From Thecamonas trahens ATCC 50062 (lineage: Eukaryota > Protista > Apusomonadida): a DNA stretch of 64,000 nt. Of the stretch, positions 44,823 to 53,611 are shown in pieces. A program made the position numbers and the translations under genes. How positions within the stretch are numbered: position 1 is the first letter of the stretch; every line of letters starts with the position of its first letter. Where the stretch lies: contig NW_013657621.1 in the NCBI RefSeq assembly GCF_000142905.1, positions 143,021 to 207,020 on the forward strand. The letters run 5' to 3'. The notes beneath the pieces are model-generated. The model made no database searches and had not been told where the DNA came from. It saw nothing but the letters and a program-made list of their open reading frames with translations.

Positions 44823-46115
44823 ATGTCTGTAGATGGACTTGACGAGTACACGGCGGAGAGCATTGTGGAGCGGTACCGCGACGAAGGCGTGGTGACGCGA
44901 CTGGCGTTTCTCGCAAGGGCACGGCAGAGGGCAGGCGAGGAGGAGGCTGGGAAGGAAGCCATGCGGCTGGCGGTGGAGGCGGTGAAGGGCAACTCGCTGG
45001 ACGTGGAAGGGTACAAGGCGCGGGTGACGGAGATGCAGGAGATGGACATGTCGTACATGGCCGACTCGGAGTGGATGGCTCATGCCATGGCCGAGGGAGA
45101 GGCGCTCCTTGGTGAGCTCAACACGGACATGGCCCACTCGCGCGGCACGCTCAGCCGGGAGGCTGCTCGCACAAAGTGGACTGAGATTTCGCTGGCGTAC
45201 ATGCGGGTCGGTGCGTGGAAGTCGGCGCAGCGGGCAGCTATTCGCGCGCGTGACTATGCCGGATCAAGCCATCATCTCGCGCTGGCCAACGCCATCCTCC
45301 ACATTGTCCGCTGTCTTTTTGCACTTGGCGAGGCCCCGCAGACGGTCACCTTTTCGGCCAAGTTCCGCAAGTGGACCGACATCCCGCCCGAGACCGTCGC
45401 CCATCTCCGCGCCGCGGTGGGCGTCGGCTACCTTGCGGCCGGCTCGTTCAAGTCGGCGGCGCGGGTCCTAGTCGACGTCACCGCCGCCCTCGACTCGGCC
45501 TTCAACTACGTGGCGACCATGGCCGACGTCGCGGTCTACGGCGCGCTCACCGCGCTCGCCTCGTTCGACCGTCACGAGCTCAAGAGCCTTGTCCTCAACT
45601 CGGCCTCGTTCAAGCCGCTTCTCGAGCTGGTGCCGGCCATCGGCGAGCTCGTGGCCGACTTTTACGGCTCGCGCTACCACGCGTGCCTCGGCGCGCTCGA
45701 CAGCCTCCGCCTCCGCCTTGCGCTCGACCCGTACCTCGCGCCGCATCTCGACGCGCTCTACGCGGCCATCCGCTCAAAGGCCCTCATCCAGTACTTTTCG
45801 CCCTTCCGCTCGGTCGACCTCAACCGCATGGCCGAAGCCTTCTCCACCTCGCTCGACGGCATCACTGCCGAAGTCGCCGCCCTCATTGTCGCCGGTGACA
45901 TCTCGGCCCGCATCGATTCGGAGAACAGCATCCTCTACGCTTCCCACACCGACCAGCGCGCTTCTACCTTTCACGCGGCGCTCAAGGCCGGGGCCCAGTT
46001 TGAGCGCCAGACAAGGGCCATGCTCTTCCGCGTCAACCTCCAGCGCGCCGGCTTTGTTGTCGAGCAGCCGCCGAGTGCCCGCGTACCGACCTCCGGCGCG
46101 GCTGGGAGCGAGTGA
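44823..46115 (+). CDS. CSN1: COP9 signalosome subunit 1 (PCI domain)
   Basis: Motifs RARDY, DVAVYGALTALASFDRHELK, LDPYLAPHLDALYAAIRSKALIQYFSPF and ISARIDSENSILYA. Confidence 0.94.
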   Translation: MSVDGLDEYTAESIVERYRDEGVVTRLAFLARARQRAGEEEAGKEAMRLAVEAVKGNSLDVEGYKARVTEMQEMDMSYMADSEWMAHAMAEGEALLGELNTDMAHSRGTLSREAARTKWTEISLAYMRVGAWKSAQRAAIRARDYAGSSHHLALANAILHIVRCLFALGEAPQTVTFSAKFRKWTDIPPETVAHLRAAVGVGYLAAGSFKSAARVLVDVTAALDSAFNYVATMADVAVYGALTALASFDRHELKSLVLNSASFKPLLELVPAIGELVADFYGSRYHACLGALDSLRLRLALDPYLAPHLDALYAAIRSKALIQYFSPFRSVDLNRMAEAFSTSLDGITAEVAALIVAGDISARIDSENSILYASHTDQRASTFHAALKAGAQFERQTRAMLFRVNLQRAGFVVEQPPSARVPTSGAAGSE

Positions 46116-46291
46116 CAACAGGTAAAAGGTCAGGTACAAGAACGTGTGTTAATGTGGATGTGGTTCGAGTGGCACAATGGCCAAGAGACTGCGAGAGGTG
46201 CGCCGTTGATCAGTAGCGTGTGCCTGTTGATGCGATGTGATGCGGTGAGTGTGACGAGACGGGAGAGGGAAAGGGGAAGGGGAGAAGGGGG

Positions 46292-46374
46292 GCAAGATTG
46301 TCAGAATCAAAGGTAGTCTCCACGAAGGGTCAGACATATGCTTGTCATTGATAAAGATCATCGTCCGATCTTGC
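46292..46374 (-). ncRNA. Box C/D snoRNA, U27 (SNORD27)/snR74-like; predicted guide for SSU rRNA Am28-equivalent
   Basis: 7-bp terminal stem GCAAGAT/ATCTTGC; C box ACGATGA; guide GACAAGCATATG just before D' CTGA, perfectly complementary to conserved 18S CAUAUGCUUGUC; C'-like GTGGAGA; D box CTGA. Confidence 0.9.
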
Positions 46375-46607
46375 ATTTGCGAGAAATAAGGTTGGCCGGA
46401 AGACTCTATGATACTTACATGTCGCCAGGCGGTGAAACCTGTATCTCCTCGATCCACGCACGTCTCTGTTCCTGACTGCGGTTGCGTGCTTGCACTGGGA
46501 AGTCCTACTCTCACTGTACCGTTTGCAATGTAGCCTCGGTGAGTGCTGTGTCGTCATGACGAGGTGAGGGGGGGGGAGGGGGCAGGATAGAAGAAAGAAA
46601 ACAATGT

Positions 46608-46697
46608 TCAACTCGGATGGTGATGCATGAATATCCTCAACGCACGATGTGCTCAGAAAGGATTCTATGGATATTAAAGCAATTTCGTCACTGTCAA
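46608..46697 (-). ncRNA. Box C/D snoRNA, U33 (SNORD33)/snR55-like; predicted guide for SSU rRNA Um (yeast U1269/human U1326 equivalent)
   Basis: C box GTGACGA, D' CTGA, C' TGAGGA. Guide CATGCATCACCAT before D box CCGA pairs with 18S GUGGUGGUGCAUG. A second element CCATAGAATC pairs with the adjacent 18S GAUUCUAUGG. Confidence 0.85.
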
Positions 46698-47164
46698 TGC
46701 TGTGCATGCACTGTGGGTGCAAGAGTGAGCCTGGCCGATCCAGAACGAGGTCTGTGGCGGGGGAAGGCTGCACGGGTCACAGCAGCTGCTGTTGCCTTGG
46801 GAGGGAAAGAAGGAGAACATACCATGAGAGCAAGACACGCAATGGAGTGCACGCGTGACCACCTGCCTCGACCAGTCGTCGGTCACCATTGAGTGGCGGG
46901 CGACGGGGCGGGTAAGAGGCAGACAAAGCGTCGGACAAAAGCCGGATGGAGGAATCCAAATAATTGGTCGCAAAGTGCTGGACACGACAAATGCGGAAGA
47001 GGGGCCGGGTGAGTGATAGAGCGGAAGGATGAGAGGCTGAAAAGCAAGAGCAGAATAGCAAGAGCATGGAGTTGGCAGCAAGGATGTTGGACAGCCCCGC
47101 TCGCTTGGGGGAGGTCAGGGGGGGGAGTGGGAGGCGGTGAAGGTGGAGCAAAAAATGCCTCCCA

Positions 47165-47248
47165 AGTGGCGGTCAGAGAATCATATTTGGTTTGTCTCAT
47201 TGCAAGCGCTCTGAAGTAGCAAGTATTGTTTCACATCACACCGCCACT
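47165..47248 (-). ncRNA. Box C/D snoRNA, U24/snR24-like; predicted guide for LSU rRNA Am1449 (yeast numbering)
   Basis: 9-bp terminal stem AGTGGCGGT/ACCGCCACT; C box GTGATGT (U24-type variant); guide AATACTTGCTACT before D' CAGA pairs with LSU AGUAGCAA(A/G)UAUU; C' ATGAGA; D box CTGA. Confidence 0.88.
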
Positions 47249-47585
47249 GCGTCCAAGAAGGATCAAGAGGAGGGAGCAAGGGTGGGGGGATGGGGAGAGG
47301 CCGAGGAGGGGGGTTAGGGAGGGGGGGGCGGGAGTGATGCAAACACATACAATTACGACATTGTCGGAGCTGAGAAAAGTGGTGCCGTCTGGGAAATGGA
47401 TGGCTGGTCGATCGGTCGAGCTCGCCAAACCGGGTGAGTTTGGTACGACGCGTCGATCCGATCCGTCGAGCAAGTGGTTCGGAAATGCGAATGGGGGGCT
47501 GGCTTGTTTCCTCGTCTCTGGCTACCGTGGCTAGCCGAAAGTCGCGAGCCACGCGTTCATTGTGGATCGAGAGGAGAGGGGGGGC

Positions 47586-49117
47586 TCAACAGGAGCAGCC
47601 ACCCGAGTCCTTCTTGGCCGGGGCACTCTCGCCGGTGATGATGCGGGAGGAGGAGGTGGTGGAGCCAGCGGCAGGCTTGTACTGGACGCCGACTTCGCCC
47701 TCGTTGAGATCGAGCGAGCCGTCCTTGATGTTCTTGTAGATGAGCTTGGCCGAGTCAAAGAAGGCGTCCTGGACACCGTCGCCGGTCCTTGCCGACGTCT
47801 CGAGGAAGAGCAGGTCGTTCTCCTCGGCAAACTTGGCGGCCTCCTCGTAGGTCACGTCACGCTGGGTCGAGAGGTCGCTCTTGTTTCCAATGAGCACAAT
47901 GACAGTGTTCGGATTGGTGAGATTGCGGGCGTCGGTGAGCCATGACGCCAGGTGCACAAACGTCGACCGCCGTGTGATGTCGTACACCAGCAGCGCGCCT
48001 GCCGCCCCACGGTAGTACGACCGCGTCACAGACCGGAACCGCTCTTGGCCGGCTGTGTCCCAGATCTGCAGCTTGATGTGCTTGCCTAGCACGTCGATGA
48101 TCCGCGTCCCAAACTCGACCCCGATCGTGTGCGTCGAGTCCGCCATGAATTTGCCCTCTGTAAACTGATGCAGGATGCACGACTTGCCCACGCCCATGTC
48201 GCCTGTTCCCACCACGCCACGCCACGCCATGCCATGCCACGCCGTGTAAGTCGTGTCGACGTCCTGTCGTCCCGCCGCGTCCAACCATACAGCACCGCCT
48301 CCCCCCCCCGTTCTCGCCTCCTCTCGCCCTCGCCCTCGCCCCCTCCCCCCCTGCTCCTGTCCTTCCTCTTCCTCTCTCTCTCTCTCTCTCTCTTCACTCC
48401 TCCCGCCCNNNNNNNNNNNNNNNNNNNNNNNNNNNNNNNNNNNNNNNNNNNNNNNNNNNNNNNNNNNNNNNNNNNNNNNNNNNNNNNNNNNNNNNNNNNN
48501 NNNNNNNNNNNNNNNNNNNNNNNNNNNNNNNNNNNNNNNNNNNNNNNNNNNNACGCGATTCCCCCCCCGCGTTTATAGCATTATTTGGGCTAGCCTTGGC
48601 CCTTCCGCCAGGCGGGGGCTTCCTTTCTGTTTTTTGTTCTTTTAAAACTACGCGCGCTGGGGAGCATTCTCCCCCACTCGCCCTCCCGTCTCCACACACA
48701 CACGCCAGGGTCGGGCGGCGGCGAGAGGGGCAGCGAGGGGGGGCAAAAACCCCCGACGGACTGGCGGGCACACCCGGACTTCCATAACGTACCAATGACA
48801 ATGTACTTCCTGTAAATGGCAACCAGGCATGTGAGTAGATAGCCAAGACCATGAGCTACACAATGGTACCCATGGAGAGTGTATAGGCACGAGCATGTGC
48901 CATGTAGGAGGCCGGCGGTTGGACAGCCGCGCCTGTGGTGGCAAGCCATGGAACGCCAGGTCATCACCCGCCACGCGGCGTTATCGCCCACAGCGAGGCG
49001 CGGAGGGAGGGAGGGAGGAGGGGAGGGAGGGAAGGAGGAAGGGAAGAGGGAGAGGGAGAGGGAGAGAGCCAAGCCAGCAACATACATGATGTACTCATAG
49101 TCAAAGGACGCCGCCAT
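47586..49117 (-). CDS. RAB14: Rab14 small GTPase; exons 49086-49117, 48793-48809 (17-nt micro-exon) and 47586-48202
   Basis: The spliced product reads [65 protein letters not shown] (221 aa). Donors are GTATGT and GTACGT; acceptors are CAG. Confidence 0.95.
48409..48552. other. Assembly gap (N), inside Rab14 intron 2
   Basis: Run of N. Confidence 1.
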
Positions 49118-49349
49118 GGTCCGCTCGGCACAGTTGAGTGACTCGTCCTCTCTCGGCTTGCCTTGCCCACTCAACAGCTTGTGTGCTGTGCTGGTGAGCC
49201 TTTTGCTGTTCACGGGCTTTCCCCCTCTCCGTTGTCCGGCCACTAGTCGACGAGTCACGCGGAGAGGGGGACCGTACTTGCAGGCGGGCGGGGGCGGGGG
49301 GGGGGGGGGGGGTCGGTAGCGGAGCCACTCGACGCTAGCCAGCAGGAGG

Positions 49350-50816
49350 ATGTCGAGCAAGCGCGGGGGCGTGACGGACAAGCCCGCGGGAGGACGTGGC
49401 GCAAGTGGTGGTGAGCGCGACCTGCTCAAGTCGATGCAGCAGGCGCTGACGGTCCGCCAGGCGCTGGCTGCCCACTCGGCGCTCGGGGGCGGACTGACTG
49501 ATGGCTGGAGCGACGACGACGAGGCCAAGATAGGCGAGCTCCCGCAGGTCCACACAAGCAAGTCGAGCTCGCGGCGGAGCTCGAGGAGGAGCTCGCGGCG
49601 GAGCTCGCAGCACGGCTCCGGGGCGAGTAGCTCGAGGTCGCGCGGCTCAAAGTCAGGCACGCCGCGGTCGGGCCCCGAGGCGTCGACGTCGCGGAGCGGG
49701 CGGCGGCGTGGCGGTGGTGTTAGGGAAGCGCCTGCCGAAGCGAGCGAGGTTGAGGCACGGGCTAGCAAGCGGGCGGCGCGGCGGAAGCGCGGCGCAGTCC
49801 AGGCTGAGCCAGCAAGTAAGCTGAGCGGGGTGCGCGAGGACAAGGCGAGCGGGGTGAGCGAGGGTGGCGGGACAGAGCCGGCGCCAGCAGACGCACCGGC
49901 AGATGGAGAAGAAGCGGCGGCAGCGGAGGGTCCGACGTACTTTCTCAAGCAGCTGGTCAAGGCGTTTACTGAGATCGAACGCGATTTGGGCGCCGAGTCG
50001 ATGCGGGTGGACCAGCTGCAGGCATGGATTACGACTACGCTCAAGCCCGGGCTGGCGCAGATGAACTCGCGGCTGACTGAGCGGTGCGGCGAGCTGAAGC
50101 GCGAGTTTGAGGTTGCGGCAGCGCCGTTCAAGGAGCGCGGCGACCGGCTTCGGCCGCAGGTTGCGGCGCTGGTGCCTGTGCTGGAAGATCTTGTTCTGCG
50201 GCTGACGTCGCAGGTCGATGGGGCGATTGGAACGTACGACGCGGTGGCAGAGCATGAAGCTGAGCTTGCGCGGCGGATCGAGCGAGTGCTGGTGGACTTG
50301 CAGGCACAGGCTGCCGAGCTCGAGTCGCTCATGGACGAGGCCGAGGACGCCCAGCTTGAGTCGCTGGAGGAGCGGCTCTCGGCACGGCTCCTCCGCGAAG
50401 CGTCGGAGAAACTTGCGGTAGGTGCAGCCGAGCGCGGGAGCGGGCTCGACGCGCGGATGGCGTGCATGCATGCACAGCTCGACCAAGTGGTGGCGACCGA
50501 AGCCGGGCGGCAAGTCCAGGCTATTGCCGAGGAGCTGATGGAAGTGCGGGCGGCCGAGGAGGCCAAGCCGCACCCTCTCAATCCGGGCGGCAACTCGATG
50601 GCGACGCGGCAGGCCGAGTTCTTTGACTGGCTCTCGCAGCACGGCTACGAAGCTTACTTTGTCAACTTTAAGGAGTACGGCTACGATACGCTTGCGGTTC
50701 TCGGCACCCTCACCCCGGACGAGATTGCACTCCTCGGCATCCGCAAGGCCGGCCATCGCCGCGGTCTGGAGATGGCCATCGAGCAGTTGCGGCGGCAGCA
50801 AATCCTTGAAGGGTAA
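49350..50816 (+). CDS. Coiled-coil protein with a C-terminal SAM domain
   Basis: FFDWLSQHGYEAYFVNFKEYGYDTLAVLGTLTPDEIALLGIRKAGHRRGLEMAI fits the SAM consensus. Confidence 0.85.
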   Translation: MSSKRGGVTDKPAGGRGASGGERDLLKSMQQALTVRQALAAHSALGGGLTDGWSDDDEAKIGELPQVHTSKSSSRRSSRRSSRRSSQHGSGASSSRSRGSKSGTPRSGPEASTSRSGRRRGGGVREAPAEASEVEARASKRAARRKRGAVQAEPASKLSGVREDKASGVSEGGGTEPAPADAPADGEEAAAAEGPTYFLKQLVKAFTEIERDLGAESMRVDQLQAWITTTLKPGLAQMNSRLTERCGELKREFEVAAAPFKERGDRLRPQVAALVPVLEDLVLRLTSQVDGAIGTYDAVAEHEAELARRIERVLVDLQAQAAELESLMDEAEDAQLESLEERLSARLLREASEKLAVGAAERGSGLDARMACMHAQLDQVVATEAGRQVQAIAEELMEVRAAEEAKPHPLNPGGNSMATRQAEFFDWLSQHGYEAYFVNFKEYGYDTLAVLGTLTPDEIALLGIRKAGHRRGLEMAIEQLRRQQILEG

Positions 50817-50980
50817 ACTTAGTAGTCTATGGCGAGCAGGCGTGCTGTAGCAAAGTGACGCCGACCAACAGACACGTCGACTGCCACGACGAAAGGGAAG
50901 CGACAGAGGCTGGAGCGACCAAGTCCGGGACCAACACCACCCCACTCCCCCCCCCCCCCCCCCTCCCCTCTCCCCTTGTC

Positions 50981-52399
50981 ATGGACACGACGCTGTCCGA
51001 GTATGCGGCGAGCCTGGCCGAGTTCTACGTGTTTGACCCGCGTCTGGGCCGGTCTGAAGGGAAGGAGCACGAGGCCGTGCTGTACTACTACCCGCACTCG
51101 CTGCCGTTGTCTGTAAAGACAAGGAACGTTGGCCTCTCGCAAGCCTTTGTCAACTTTGCGGCGCAGTTTTCTCCCAATCAGCCGCTGTCTGCAGCACACA
51201 CTCGCAAGCATCGGGCGGCGTACTTCAATCCGGAGGGCGAGTACTGGCTGGTCCTTGTTGTCCGGCTGCCGTACTCTGTGGTGGAGAGCAAGGACGAGGA
51301 GGGCAATGTCGTGCAGGATAACGTGTACGATGGGACCAAGGTGACGGATGGCGGGTTGACGACCATGATCAAGCAAGTCTACGCCATGTTCAAGCTCTTC
51401 AACGCCTCATTCTCGTCTGTGGTGAGCAAGTACTCGATCGAGGTCCTCCGCTCCAAGCTCGAGTTCTTCCTCACGCCGTACATCACCTCGATTGACTTTG
51501 GCTCGCTGGACATGTTCCACTCGCTCGCCGGCATCCACTACCTGCCCATCGACAAGAACGTGTACCTCCGCATCCAGTGCTTTGTTAACGCTCTGGAGGA
51601 CGCATTCCCGGTTGTCGGCGCCTCGGTCTTTCTCTTTGACGACCACCTGGTGTACTCGGGCCTGGGGCCGGACGACATGCGCATCCTGTACAAGTACTTG
51701 CTGGACAATCTGGCGGTTGGCGGCGCCAACGTCGACCTCTCCAAGACGCCGCGCAACCACCCGATGCCGTCGCTCAAGCCCAAAGCCGGCACGCGGCGCG
51801 TCCTGCCCGACGGCTTCCTCACCGGCCCGGCGAGCCTGACGGATCCGGACTCGCCGATCAATGCGCCGCACGTGTTTGTGGGTGATGACGAGGAAAAGTT
51901 CCTGCTCATCTACCATGCCCACGGCGCGGTCCTCCTCCTTCTTCTTGATGTGACCGACCCGGTAGCGCTGACTTCAGTTGACCTCTACGCTGCGCTCGAG
52001 CGCGAGATCAAGCCGCAGATGGACACGCTTGTCTCGTCCATCCTGGGCTTTGCGGCCGACACCCGTGGCGCGAGCTCGTCGTCGACCGACTCGGACTCGG
52101 CCTACGCCTACTTTAACTCGATGAACCTCGCGCTCAAGAGCTCGCTCGCCTCAGCCGACGCGCTCTCGCCCTCGCTCCGGTCCATGATTTGGGCCATCGG
52201 CAGCGACCTCTCGCTCCACCGCGAGGGCATCACCGAGGTCGACATCAAGGCCGACCCCGAGGGCTGGGTCACCGGCCGCAAGTCGGACTCGCGCGAGTTG
52301 TACGTCGTCTTTGACGCCAAGAAGGCCAACCTCATCGAGGTCTCACAGGAGATTGCCCGCATCTCCAAGTCGACCTTTTCCAACGTCTTTATCGAGTAA
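50981..52399 (+). CDS. CCZ1: Vacuolar fusion protein CCZ1 (Mon1-Ccz1 Rab7 GEF subunit)
   Basis: Motifs FYVFDPRLGRSEGKEHEAVLYYYP, NVGLSQAFVNF, YAMFKLFN, GIHYLPIDKNVYLRIQCFVN, YFNSMNLALKS and WVTGRKSDSRELYV. Confidence 0.94.
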   Translation: MDTTLSEYAASLAEFYVFDPRLGRSEGKEHEAVLYYYPHSLPLSVKTRNVGLSQAFVNFAAQFSPNQPLSAAHTRKHRAAYFNPEGEYWLVLVVRLPYSVVESKDEEGNVVQDNVYDGTKVTDGGLTTMIKQVYAMFKLFNASFSSVVSKYSIEVLRSKLEFFLTPYITSIDFGSLDMFHSLAGIHYLPIDKNVYLRIQCFVNALEDAFPVVGASVFLFDDHLVYSGLGPDDMRILYKYLLDNLAVGGANVDLSKTPRNHPMPSLKPKAGTRRVLPDGFLTGPASLTDPDSPINAPHVFVGDDEEKFLLIYHAHGAVLLLLLDVTDPVALTSVDLYAALEREIKPQMDTLVSSILGFAADTRGASSSSTDSDSAYAYFNSMNLALKSSLASADALSPSLRSMIWAIGSDLSLHREGITEVDIKADPEGWVTGRKSDSRELYVVFDAKKANLIEVSQEIARISKSTFSNVFIE

Positions 52400-52477
52400 A
52401 GCCATGTCCACCAGCTGCTGGCACACTCTGCTTCACGGCCACCTTGGCTGGCTCACCTGTCTCGCCGGGTGGTCGCC

Positions 52478-53560
52478 ATGTCTGCCGACGCCCGACAGGC
52501 TGCCGACGCCCGGTCGAAGCGACCATGGCCAGCAGAAGCAGCAGGCGAGGCAAGGAGTAGAGGCGGTGGAGGCGGTGAGGGAGAGGTCGAGCTGGCGTTG
52601 CCGGTCGTGCGGTTGGCCGTGGCCGTGGCGGGCGATGGCTCGTCGGCAACGTGTACGGAAGTTCGGCCGAGGAAGCGGGCAAGGACCACTGCGCTGGGCA
52701 GGGTCTCGGCGCTGCCGTGGGACTTTTCGGCCTTTGGGCAGGGGCAGAGTGTGGCGGGAGGCGTGGCAGCTGGAGATGCGGTGGCGGAAGGCGCGGCGCC
52801 GGCGGCAGCGCCGGCCGCAACAGGCGATCTGCTGGGCAACATGGGGCTGCCGCCGTTGCTGGTACGGTTGCCTGGGAGGGAGCCGATCTCGGCTGCAGCC
52901 CGGTCGCGATCACGCGTACCTTGCTCTACTTCTCCCCCTCCTCGTCCTCCGCCACCACCACCGCCGCTGCCAGCGCTCCCACGACCTGTGGGCCAGACGG
53001 CGGCTCGCCGTCAGGGTGGCATTGCGGCGCTGGGGGTGACCAAGCTCGGCTCGTTCTCGCCGCGGCAGAGACAGTCGAGGCCGCGGGTGCAGCCGTTGCC
53101 GAGCTCGGCGGCAGGGCAGGCGGCGATGCGGCTCGGGGTGCGGCGGAGAGCAGGCGAGGCGGCAGCAGGCGAGGCAGCAGCGGCAGGTGCGGCGGTGGCA
53201 GTGGCCGAGGCCACGGCAGATGAGGTGGGCGGGGAGCGGGTGATGACGGCTGAAGAGCGCCGGAAGGCGGCAAAGCGAGCGAGGAACAGGCGGTACTACG
53301 CCGAGAACAAGGCCCGGCTGCTGGCCAAGGCCAAGACGCGGTACTCGCCGCGCAAACGGGGTGGCCGACGCCAGAACCGTGATCTGCCGCACAAGTGCGC
53401 CGTTGATGGTTGTGACTTTGCCTGCAAGTACCCGTCCAAGCTCGCCGTCCACATGCGGAGCCACACCGGCGAGCGGCCGTTCCGCTGCACTCATTGCAGC
53501 TACGCGGCGACGCAGGAGGGCAATCTCAAGTCCCACATCAAGGCCAAGCACGGTGGGTGA
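52478..53560 (+). CDS. C2H2 zinc-finger protein (two fingers, TGERPF linker)
   Basis: HKCAVDGCDFACKYPSKLAVHMRSH-TGERPF-RCTHCSYAATQEGNLKSHIKAKH. Confidence 0.88.
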   Translation: MSADARQAADARSKRPWPAEAAGEARSRGGGGGEGEVELALPVVRLAVAVAGDGSSATCTEVRPRKRARTTALGRVSALPWDFSAFGQGQSVAGGVAAGDAVAEGAAPAAAPAATGDLLGNMGLPPLLVRLPGREPISAAARSRSRVPCSTSPPPRPPPPPPPLPALPRPVGQTAARRQGGIAALGVTKLGSFSPRQRQSRPRVQPLPSSAAGQAAMRLGVRRRAGEAAAGEAAAAGAAVAVAEATADEVGGERVMTAEERRKAAKRARNRRYYAENKARLLAKAKTRYSPRKRGGRRQNRDLPHKCAVDGCDFACKYPSKLAVHMRSHTGERPFRCTHCSYAATQEGNLKSHIKAKHGG

Positions 53561-53611
53561 AAGATTGTGTTGTATATTTGGGGAAGGGGGGGAAAGACGC
53601 TCACTTGCTTG

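Larger units (their letters stand above)
46149..47380 (-). ncRNA. Putative spliced snoRNA host gene, probably non-coding, with three introns
   Basis: TOP-like CTTTTCTC (47379-47372) followed by ATG-TCG-TAA. Donors GTATGT 47350, GTATGT 46822 and GTAAGT 46418. ACTCAC branch-like motifs at 47014, 46544 and 46250. Acceptors CAG ending at 46978, 46514 and 46224. One C/D snoRNA per intron. Transcript ends are approximate. Confidence 0.7.

Noticed and set aside
46411-46520. U1 snRNA-like start ATACTTACATG with GATCCACG and TTGCAC motifs on the plus strand
   Set aside because: ACTTAC is simply the reverse complement of the minus-strand GTAAGT donor of the snoRNA host intron. I found no Sm site or convincing U1 stem-loops.
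48810-49085. C box GTGATGA (48967-48961, minus) in Rab14 intron 1 as another snoRNA
   Set aside because: No downstream D box, terminal stem or recognisable rRNA guide.
17619-50593. Long antisense or alternate-frame ORFs (e.g. 17619-19286, 20637-22121, 48590-50593)
   Set aside because: These are shadows of GC3-rich real genes on the opposite strand and have no domain motifs.
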